From Vicugna vicugna (taxonomy: Eukaryota), in the NCBI GenBank assembly GCA_013265495.1, contig MU061579.1:6610124-6674123 (forward strand): DNA of 64,000 bases, given 5' to 3'. The position numbers were made by a program, and so were the translations under genes. The notes below the pieces were generated by a model. The model saw only the letters and a program-made list of their open reading frames with translations, was not told the origin of the DNA and ran no database searches. Shown piece after piece: positions 51,155 to 62,063 of the stretch; positions within the stretch are counted from its first letter, which is position 1; each line of letters opens with the position of its first letter.

Positions 51155-52232
51155 CAATTTTGAAATCAGGAAATATGATGCCTCCAGCTTTGCTCTTCTT
51201 GCTAAAGATCACTTTTGTTATTCATGGTCTTTTGTGATTCCAAATGAAATTTAGCATTTTTTATTCTGTTTCTGAAAATACCATTGGGATTTTGATTGAG
51301 ACTGCACTGAATCTGTAGATGACTTTGGATAGTATAGAGATTTAACAAGATTAATTATTACAATCCATGCACCCAGGATGCCTTTCCATTCTTCTGCGTC
51401 TTCTTTAATTTTTTTCATCAATGGTTTATAATTACCAGTGGACAAGTCTTTCAACCTCTTTGGTTAACTTTATTCCTAAATATTTTATTATGTTTGTTGC
51501 TATTGTGAATGGGAATGTTTTCTTACTTTCCTTTTCAAATATTTAATTGATTGTATACAGAAATATAGATGTCTGTTGATGGAGGATTAGACAAAGAAAA
51601 TGTGTTAAATATTACATGTGTACATATAATATACATATTGGAATATATATAATATAAAATATTATGTACATTATATATAATACTATTTAGCCTTAAAAAA
51701 AGAAAAAATTCTACCATTTAATGACTCTCCCTACCTAAAAAGAAGGAAATCTTACCATTTGATAACATAGATGAACATGGAGAATATTATGCTAAATAAA
51801 ATAAGCCAAACACAGAAAGGCAAATACTGTGTGGTCTCACTTCCATGTGGAATCTAAAATAGTTTAACTCACAGAAGCAGAAAGTAGAATGATGGCAGCC
51901 ACGGACCAGGGCAAGGGGGAAATGGGGAGATTGGTTAAAGGACACGAAGTTTTAGTTATGCAAGATGAATAAGTTCTGTAGATCTAATGCACAGCAATGT
52001 GACTATAGTTAACAATACTGTATTGTATACTTGAAATTTCCTAAAAAAGGAGATCTTAAGTGTCCTCACCACACAAACCATATGCACAAGAAAATGGTAA
52101 CTATGTAAGCAAATATGCTACTTAGCTTGTTTGAGGTAATTATTTCACAATGTATATCAATACATTAAGTTATACATCTTAAGTATATACAGTATTTGTT
52201 TGCCAACTATACCCCAATAAAGCTGGAAAAAC
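51155..52232 (+). mobile_element. L1MA8/9-type L1 with inverted 5' segment
   Basis: Antisense ORF2 at about 51155-51565 (gatgcctccagctttgctc), then a sense 3' end (aataagttctgtagatctaatgcacagc...ccaataaagctggaaaaa); candidate TSD ttaaagttttt at 51141-51151 and 52247-52257. Confidence 0.85.
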
Positions 52233-52687
52233 ATCTTTAGAATATATTAAAGTTTTTGTAAATAGGATTGTTTTTCAAAAATTAGTTTCCTGATCAAGTC
52301 CCTTTCTGCTTAGAAGTTAATACTTTTTGCTTTCATCTCTGCTCACCTGAATTTATTTTCCTTTTCTATCCCAAGTGGATTTGTTTGAATTGTTTCATAT
52401 CTCCAAGAAAAAAAATGTATTACTCTTTTTTCTTATCTTCTCAACAAGATCTTTTAGAGATACTTGTTATTTTTAATTTTAAATTGTTTTTCATAAGAAT
52501 TTTGTCATAATCTTTTATAAAAGTGAATGTTTTGAATTATGGATTGAATAATAATTAAGAAAGACATGCAATATAATTCAATGATAAATCACTTTGAATC
52601 TACCATATTGATTGTTAAGCATAGATTTTTTTAGGATTGCAAAATACTTTTATATAAATTATCTCATTTGCTCTTTATAATAGCATT

Positions 52688-52879
52688 CAGTGATGTGCAG
52701 ATAAACTAGCTCTTAAAAAATAAAACCCAACTCTGACTTATAATGCATGACAATCTCTGTGGTGTAAATACTCCTACCATGGCCAATTTTTACCTACAAA
52801 TGATTTAAAAGTGGTTTGTAAATCTCATGAATATTTAATAATCATCTCTTGCCAGCAAATCAGTTCCAGCACATTACTG
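52688..52879. mobile_element. MER63A-like hAT-Blackjack element inside a MIR
   Basis: TIRs cagtgatgtgc / gcacattactg; internal gtggtgtaaatactcctaccatggccaattt. Confidence 0.7.
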
Positions 52880-55194
52880 GATGTTGGGCCTCATATCCTC
52901 ACTTTTTCAAAGACAAACAGAAGCCAAGACAAATAGTAAGTTTTTCAAATTCACACAGCTAGAGTGACAGCTCAGGTCATCCTATTCCATACAACATGCT
53001 CTTTTCACTTGATACATTTACCTCCCTCTTTATCCATAATAATGCAAGTTTTCACTAAATGCTTTAAGTCTCTTGCCTATTCATAAAATAATTTGAGGTA
53101 CATACAGGTCAAAACATATTTTAAAATAATAAAATGCATTTACAGATAAAGCTAAATGATTGTTTTTTAAATGAAGCAAGAAAGCCAATGGCAAATATTT
53201 TAGATATTCCTATGTACCAATATCATTTTTCTGGAATAAAAATGTTATAGAAATTTATTATGAGAACTTCTGTTTGGAGGACATTGAATAAGAACAGAGA
53301 GTAGCCCTTTAACCACAGTTTTATGAATTATAGAAATCAAGTGGCTTTCTCATAGATATTCAAAGGCGGATCATGTTAAATTTACTCATAATTAAGTGGA
53401 AGCAACTGTGTTAAGAGTGAGATGGAGCAGATTAATAGGAAAAAAAAAAACAGCCCCAAGAGGTAACCCTTCTGGGGGTTGTTTTTAACTTAGACTAGCC
53501 TCAAAAGACATGTCTTAAAAACAATTTTTATCCAAAACAAATTGACAATCCAATCCTTCTACAGACTGATTAGGCCATTTTTCTGTCTTTCTCAATAAAA
53601 TGACAGGGAAAATCTTTAATAAAAGACGTAAGAAGCAAGAATTACTTTATACATAAAAGCTGAACAACAGGAATATATGATTATTCAGAAGATAATCAGA
53701 GCACTTTAGCCCAGAAATGAGTAACAGAGTTTTTCATATGGAAAGAGTATTATTTCATTTTCTGGAATAAGCTTGTAAGTTTCTCCTTTCTACATATCTT
53801 CCCAAACAAAAAATCACCATTCCTTAGTCACTCATTTATTTATTCACCCATTCAACAAATAATCTGCGACCACCAACTATAGTCCAGGTATCAAACTGGA
53901 AGCTGATGATAAAGTCTGCAGTCTAATAATATGTTTGAAAGAAGGAAATATTTTCCACTTGAAAGAAGACTATATGATTTAAAATTTGCGGTGGGACATT
54001 TATCTGATTGGATTACTATTTAAACAAATGTTTTCAATCCATTTTTATCAAATAAATTTAGAGCAGAACTTAATACAGTGTTGCTCCTTATTTGTCCTCC
54101 TCCAGTCATCCCAGGTCTTTCAGATGAAAAGTATCCTTCCACCTGCCAGATCAATAGGTACTTGAAGTCTATCAGGTCAGATATTTTGGCACCTACCACT
54201 TTCACAAATCAGAATGGAAATGAGGGCAGCTTCTTGGCAGTAGTGTTCTCTTAGTCTGCCTGGCTTTTCTCTGTGGAGCCACTCTGAAAAGCTCAGTTTC
54301 TTCCATTGACCACCTCATCCTAAGAATGTAAAGCTTATTATCGCCTGTTGCCCAGGAGCCAAAATGCTTTGCACCTAAGACAACCAACTACGATGTCCTC
54401 TACTTGAGGGGCTCATTCTCTTTTGCAATTAAGTTTGGTCTTTGGTGTGCCACTGAATCCCTTGCTGCTTTGGGGCTCCAGCTGTGCCAGTTTTAATTAA
54501 TAACGCATCCAGATTGTATTACAATACCCTGCTATGATCAGGATTAATTTAAAAGCTGACAGAAATATTGTCAACTAATTGCATGTTGTCTTAAAAAATT
54601 AAATGTGGCTTTGCCTAAAAAATAAAAAAAGATGATATGTAAGGAGAATCATTAAAAATAATATTAAAGAAAACCAAATTAACTCAGTCTATAGGAGGCT
54701 GATTCAAACAATCTTAATAAGGTTCAGTGTTTTATAAAATCAAATCAATGCTACACATAAAACACTTTGGTGGTAGTTCTAATAAACTACAGACCAATTA
54801 TGACACAGTAAGGAGCCTTCTTGAAGCACAAACTGCCACTATAGGGAGTTATCAGTCCAAAGGCAGTGATTGGGGAATATTTCTCTTGTGCTAAATCTTC
54901 AGCAAGAAGATTTGGGAGATATGTTCTCTGACTTTGAATAAAAAATTGTGATCAGTCTGTAAATTAGATCACTGACTCAGTTTTGAATTAGTTTTCTCTG
55001 CTTGCTGCATGATAATTTCAGTTCAAACAGGTAAGTCTAACCATGATTTCTATTAAGTCTCCAATTCTGCAGAGATTCCTTGAAGCTATTGGCAGATATG
55101 CTTGGAGTGATATCTTCACAATATAAAAGTGTGGCAATGTTTGTGAAGATTGTAACTATCTAGATGGTAGAATGTGTTTGTTATATTACAGGAC

Positions 55195-55609
55195 GTTGGG
55201 TGTGGATGTTGGTGGTGCCACGCCAAAATACCCTTTACAAGCCAGTACACCTAGCGCCTAACCCAAGTAAATGCTGACTCACAGCTGCCCCCATCCCGTT
55301 TCTAACAAATAACTTCATGCAAAAAGAGCCCTCCACACTACCCTATGGCTGACCTCAGTCCACGACTGACTGACACAGGAGTACAAAGGATGTACCCCCT
55401 TGCTTCAAGGTAGGGCAAAGACCACAGAACAAGCTGTGCTCTAGAACTTCCCTGGGATCAGACCAGAGCTTGGAAACTGAAATTGAAACCACATCATAGC
55501 TTAACTTTCCTCTTCTGTTATATCCTCATATCTCACTTCCTTCCCTTTAGAACACGTGAATAAGAATCCCTGTCTCAGCTTCTGTTTCCAGATAACTTGA
55601 CATATATCA
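55195..55609 (+). mobile_element. ERVL solo LTR (LTR16A-like)
   Basis: gctgactcacagctg...tgactgacacaggagtacaaagg...ccccttgcttcaaggtagg...aagaatccctgtctcagcttctgtttc. Confidence 0.7.
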
Positions 55610-56650
55610 TGTTTTTGAGAAAAATTTATTGAACTAAAATCAGAAGCATAGCAATTATCAAAAATACTAGTCTTAACAAAAATCCATCTAGAAGATCAGA
55701 TATATACTTTTTCATAGGTCTCCTAGAATTATTTTATAAGTAACATGATTTACATCAAAATTGACTATGCTCCATGATCCTATCAGAGTTAATTGAAATA
55801 ATTTGTCTAAACACAATGAGGGAAATAGTTTACCTCTTCTTCAACAAGAGAAATTAGTGTACTGTACATCCCAGGTGGCATAAAGTTTAATGCATGCTTA
55901 AGCATACTCTTTATACCGTCTAAACATTTACTCTACAGTGAGTAGTCAATACCTTAATTTATAATAAAATGACTTGAATTGACTTTCTTGTATTTAAAAA
56001 AATAATATTATTAATTGAAACAATTAAAAAGAAATAAAATATAATGGAGTTCTGTGCAAATCTTATTAATTTTCAGCAAATAAAACAGAGCTCAATTTTA
56101 TTGCTGAGCTTTATCATAAAAGATGTTGTCAGAAGAATAACATATTTGAAATTTAATTATACCCAAATCCTCAGTAATTTTTGATAAAGAAAATGGTAAA
56201 GAACAGACAGTCCTGAAGAATCAAGACTGATTTCTTTAATATGACTACCCTTTGTTTAATTATATTCCTAGATGGAAGTTATTAGTGCAATATCAGCCCC
56301 ATGTTGAGCGATTTCATTGCACATATCTATTTCAAGGATAAGGCAGGGAGGATGATGAAAAGCTGTTCGTCTGGTCTCTGAACATTCTTTCACTATTTAA
56401 TCTGAAAATAACTTTTAGCACTGGATTACAGATATTGCTATCCGTGTAAGTGCATAAAAAGAAGTTCTCACACCAGAGACTTTACCTTAATGCCTCTTGG
56501 TCATTTACTGTCTTAATATTCTTCTATAAACAAACTCAGATAAGTAACTTGAGCCATCTTGTTCCAGATGCCTACACTCTATGAACTTCCACATTCTCAT
56601 CTGTAAAATGGGCATGATATAAACCACGTCTCTAATCAGAGTTAATGAGT

Positions 56651-56758
56651 ATGATTATAATTAAAAGCTCAGTTAAATTCTGTAGTGAAACACAAATACA
56701 AGTTATGATTATAATTAAAAGCTCAGTTAAATTCTGTAGTGAAACACAAATACAAGTT
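56651..56758. repeat. Perfect 54-bp tandem duplication
   Basis: atgattataattaaaagctcagttaaattctgtagtgaaacacaaatacaagtt x2 (56651-56704, 56705-56758). Confidence 0.95.
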
Positions 56759-57099
56759 ATGACCTGTCATCACTTGCTTTTTCTTCTTTTCTCCATTTAT
56801 TACCAAGTAGCCTCTGTTTTTAATCTGGAAGGGGATTTATATTTTCTGGGATCTTCCCTACTTTTGTTGCTTACACATTCCAAACCAGAGTGTTTCCACA
56901 GAGCTTCCTAAATAAGCATGTGCTTTTTGGAGCACATAAAAATATATAATTTATACTATGATACCTAAATTGCTATGACTTTTAACTCCAAGAAAAAAAA
57001 ATGGAGGTATTCAACCTCAAAACTTCTATGATCTCTGCAAAGAAATTACCTAACTGTTGGCATCATTAGGCAATTACTATCTCAAATTCTGTGGTAACT

Positions 57100-59800
57100 G
57101 ATTCCCTATCTTTAAATAAAAAGTTTACCATCTATATGTTCATCCCAAAGTAATACGATTCATTTTTAGACCTGTAAATAGGTTATATACTGTGTATATT
57201 CTTCTGAGTTTTATTTAGCACATCCTAATATTTGTGAGGTTTATTCTTGCACTCTAGTTCTGTTTTTGTTATCTCATTTTCATTGAAGTGTAACCATACC
57301 ACAATTCATTCATTCATTTTAGTGTTAATGGACATTTGGATTATTTTCAGTATTTAGCTACTACAAGCAATGATTCTATAAACATTCTGTTTATGTATCT
57401 TGGTACACACATGCAAGAGTTTATTTAGGATATATACGTAGGAGTTGTAATTGCTGGTATCATAGAAAATTTATTTGTTCAAATTTACTACACAATGAAA
57501 AACTGGTTCCTAAATTGATAGTCCCAATGTACAATACCATTAGCACACTTGAAATTGTCACTGCAAATTTTTCATTGTTGCTAATTTGGTGTATGCAGAA
57601 TATCATCTCATGTTTTTAATTTACAAAAGCCAAGTCCTTAATAAGACAAGAAATTTAATAGAAGGGTATCTCCTCTGAGTGAAAAACACACACCTAGATA
57701 CATTCTTTTTGCCTATTTCATTGCACAGTAAGTTATACAAGGGCTAGATTAGACATTCTTGCCTTGCTCCCTATTTGGAGGGAAAAAAGTTATCTTTTCA
57801 CTAGTAAGTGTGAAGCAGCTGTGGGTTTTTTGTATAGTTTGGTTCAGTTTGGGTTTTGTGTGTGTGTGTGTGTGTGGACGACTTTTATCAAACTGAAGAA
57901 GATCCCTTATAGTCCTAGTTTGATCAGAGTTTTTATTACAAATGGGTGGTGGAATTTGTCAAATGCTTGCTTTGTATTTTTTGAAAGAATCATGTGATTT
58001 TTGTTCTTTAATCTATTAACATGGTCTATTTCATTAATTTTTACATATTAAAGCAATCTTGTATTCCTGGGATAAATCCCAGTGTTTAATTCTTTTTATA
58101 TGCTATGATATTTGATTTGCTAATATTTTGTGAAGGGTATTTACATCCATGTTCACAAGGGATATTGGTATTGATTTATCATTTTGTTTTTTCTTGTACT
58201 GTCTTCGGTTTTGTTAATAGTGTATTACTGGCCCTGTAGAATGAGATAAGAAATGTTTGCTTCTCCTATATTTTCCAAAGAGTTTGTAAAGGAACGGTGT
58301 TATTTCCTCAAATACTTTAGAATTCACAACTGATGTCAACTGGTCCTAGATTTTCTTTGTGGGAAGAATTGAAATTTCAATTCTTTTAGTTGTTTAAGTC
58401 TATTCAGATTTTCCATTCTTCTTGAGTCACTTTTGACAATTTACATCTTTCTAGGAATGTTTCCATTTTATCTGAGATGTCTGATTTGTTGACTTAAAAA
58501 ATATTTACAATGTTCCTTTGTGATCCCTTTAGTTTCAATAAGCATGACGGTAACATTCCCTCTTTCATTTTTAATTGGGTAATTTGTGGCTTCTTTCTTT
58601 TTTCTTTGTCAGTATGATTAAAGATTTGTCAATTTTATTAATCTTTCCAAAGAACCCTTAGTTTCATTGATTTTCTAGTTTTCTGTTTTCCTTTTCATTT
58701 ATTTTTTTTCCCTCTAACCATTACTCTTTCCTTTCTTCTGCTTGCTTGATTTGGATTTTGTTTCTCTTTTTCTAATCTCTGAAGGTGGAAGCTTACGTTT
58801 GATTTGAGTCTTTTCTTCTTTTCCTGATGTAAGTATTAAAATCAACAAATTTCCCTCTAGTTGATGTTCTAGCTACATCCCATAAATTTTGATATATTGT
58901 ATTTTAATTTTCATTGAGTTCAAATTATTTTCCAGTTTCCCTTGTGGTTTCTTCTTTAACTCTTCTAGAAATATTTTGTCTTAAAGTCTATCTTGTTAGA
59001 CATTAAAATAGCCACCGTAGCTCTCCTTTGGTTAGTGTTTACACAATTTTTTTGCATTCTTTTACTCTCAGTCTGTTTGTCATTGAATCTAGAGTGTGTG
59101 TCTTGCATACACCATAGGGCTGGATTTTGGATTTTTCTTTTCATATCCATCTTGACAATCTCTGCTGTTTTGTTGGAATATTGAGAGCATTCATATCTAA
59201 TAAAATTATTGATATTGTTGGCTTTATATATTATATGTTACTATATGTTTTCTATATGACTTCAGTCTTTTTCTCTTTCCTCCTTTACTCCATTCTTTTG
59301 TGTTAAATAGATTTTCTTTAGTGTACTACTTAAATTCACTTTTTAAAAAACTACATTTTGTGTGTTATTTTCTAAGTGTTCATGATAGGAACACTTAGAA
59401 ATGTGTGAATTTCTAATATGAATATTTCAATATGAATCTTAATCAATCACAAGCCACTTCAAATTAGCACTAATTAGATTTAATAAAATTTAGATCTTTG
59501 CTCCAATATAGCTTTCTCTTGTGCTATTAGTTACATATGTTATATTTATATGCATATTATAAATCCAACAATAGACTTTCATAATTATTTTTTATACAAT
59601 CTTAAAAATTAAGAGAAAAAATAATTCAAATATTTTATAGAGTCTTTTATGTTAGCACAAATATTTACCATTTCTGATGTTCTTTATTTCTTCCTCTGGA
59701 ATTGAGTTACCAACTGGAATTGTTTTCTTGAGGTCTGAGGATTTCCTTTAGTATTTCCTGTAAGGGAGATCTACTAGCCATAAATTCTTTCAGTCTTTAT
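57100..59800 (-). mobile_element. Old L1M fragments (3' region plus ORF2/ORF1, antisense)
   Basis: ggacatttggattattttcag, attcctgggataaatccc, ctattcagattttc, acatcccataaattttgatat; minus-strand peptide CMQDTH...NTNQRRATVAILMSNKIDFK (58965-59150) resembles the L1 endonuclease N-terminus. Confidence 0.8.
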
Positions 59801-60744
59801 TTGGGGTTCTAAATACTTTCGAAAATCTGTAGTTTAGCATCTTTCATCAGTGTTGGGAAAATCCTCAATCTTTACAATTATATTTTTATGCCCTTCTCAA
59901 TTACTCACTAAAATAGTATTTTTTTAACATAACTTATTATATACACCTGGTCAATGTCTTACTTGTTTTCCAGATTTTTGGCAACATAACTTTTATACTA
60001 GTTGGAAATCTCTTGCTGAATGGGGAAAAAGTCTACAGAATATATATTTCTTTACCCTTTGTTGTCAAATGAACTACTACATATAAGGAATAAAAAGTAT
60101 AGCAAACTAAAATGCTAAAATGGAGAAGCCTACATATATTCAGAGAGCTGAAAAAGCCTTCAGATCACTGAAAGTTTTATCTAAAGAGAAAAACAGATTA
60201 AATACAGGTAGAATGCGATAAGGATGGGGAATGACATGTAAAAGAGTAAACAAAACTCTTTGAGCATTTCTTTAAAAGTTGGGGGCCTTATTTTTGACAT
60301 TGTTTAAATAACTTTAAAAAAAACTTTTCCTTTCATGTTTCATAGCATGAAATCCATCATCATAACACAGCATAGCAAAATCTGTCATCAGACAGCTTTT
60401 TTCTATCTTTTTCTTCATCTCAGTGATAAAAAATGCTTTGTTAAAGGCCAGATGCTACAGGTTTTTAGTGAGCAGAATTCCCGCTGACCTTTACTGTGGC
60501 TGCATAGACATTTATCTCTATAAAGCTTGCAGAACCAAGTGCAGCATATTCATTAGGGAAATTTACTTCCAGCACAGAGAGGTCAGCAAAATTTTGGTGG
60601 TCATTCAGGTGCATCATGATTCTAAGTTACCAAAAAAAGCTAATCAAATTCCTGATTTTAAGAAACAGTACAGAAAATAATTTTACTCTATCTTGAAGCA
60701 GGCCTAGTTGATCTATCTAGTTGTGTTTTTGCAGATGTCCTGTA

Positions 60745-61020
60745 CACTGCAGCACATGCACCATTCTGTGTGCCTTTAATCATGCTGTTCTCCCTGCCTG
60801 GAATGCCCTCACTACTTATTACCATTTATCAAAATGCTCTCTGTTCAAGGCCTATTCAAGTCCCATCCCTCCCAGAGAGCAGTCTACAGTCCATCCCATG
60901 CCAATCAACACTTTGATTCTCCCCACTCCCAACTCCAACTGCTCTCACTATCGCATCAATATCATTTGGTTTAAGAATACATTGTTTTCTAATTGTTTTA
61001 TGTGTTTGTCTTGTCTCCTT
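60745..61020 (+). mobile_element. L2 3' fragment
   Basis: tgcctttaatcatgctgttctccctgcctggaatgccctc...ttcaaggcctattcaagt...tgtttgtcttgtctcc. Confidence 0.65.
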
Positions 61021-61099
61021 TAATTACAATTATATATTATGTTAATATAAATACAGATTATAAAGTATTTTTATATACTTTCTTCATTTAATTCTCAGC

Positions 61100-61320
61100 C
61101 TAGAGTGGTAGGCAACAGAGGCTTTGTTATCCTAATCCTTGAAATAAGAGCTTTGGAATTTTAGGATATGTATTTAGTCTATTTTATTCACAGTTTTCTT
61201 ATCTGTAAAGTGGGGGCACATAATGCATTTTTTTTACCATGTTGTTAAGATTAAATGTGAATATATAGCTAAATAACCTAGAAAATGCCTGGCTCCTAGT
61301 AAGCACTCAATATTCTTTCT
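61100..61320 (+). mobile_element. MIR fragment
   Basis: cagttttcttatctgtaaagtgggg...gttgttaagattaaatg...atgcctggctcctagtaagcactcaata. Confidence 0.7.
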
Positions 61321-61389
61321 TTCCTGTCCTCTCAACAATCCTATGAGAAATTTGTTATCAAAATGTATTATCACATGCTGTATCTATAG

Positions 61390-61530
61390 CATTACAAAGC
61401 AATTTCTTTATCCATATTAACTATTAGTAGTAGTAGCAAATTTTGCACATGAAGAAACTGAGACTCAGAGGACTAAAGTGGTTGCACAAGCTCTGAAAGT
61501 TTGGTAACTCCAAACCTGGTGTCTTCTCTC
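61390..61530 (-). mobile_element. MIR fragment
   Basis: attttgcacatgaagaaactgagactcagaggactaaagtggttgcacaag. Confidence 0.6.
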
Positions 61531-62063
61531 CTCAAAATACTTACCAATCTTTACAGAAAGTAATTTAATGACTGAATCCAGCACAGTGGTTGAGCATTAA
61601 TATTCACAAAAGCAGTAATTGATGTAGATGCATGTCAATTGTTGACATGCTCCACTGGCCATCACAGCTTTCAGGGACCCGGAAGGAATCCCAGAGCAGT
61701 TCCTTATTTAGAGTTGCAGCCCCATCCAGGAAGAGAAAAAAGGTCACCAGGGCAATTGAAATTGATGATGATAATGATAAATAACACCAGTCACTGAAGG
61801 CATGCCATTATTAGTTCATACTGATATCTTCTACTCTAATCTATCTCCGCAGGTTTTCTCCTTGCCTTTTCTCCTTCCATCTTTTTATTTCCTTTCTTGT
61901 ACACTGAGAACTGTGGCCTTTAATAGTTACATTTACTCATTTGTCTAATCCTTTAATACAACTAAAATTATTTCATACTTGCTTCACCATGCCACTACAA
62001 CAACGCAAGTCCATCAAAAGAGTCCAAATTTTGTTTGCCCAAAGGAAAGACTAAGAGTGTATA

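Noticed and set aside
56645..56911. Repeat-containing protein or CRISPR-like array
   Set aside because: It is a simple two-copy 54-bp duplication with no spacers, in mammalian DNA.
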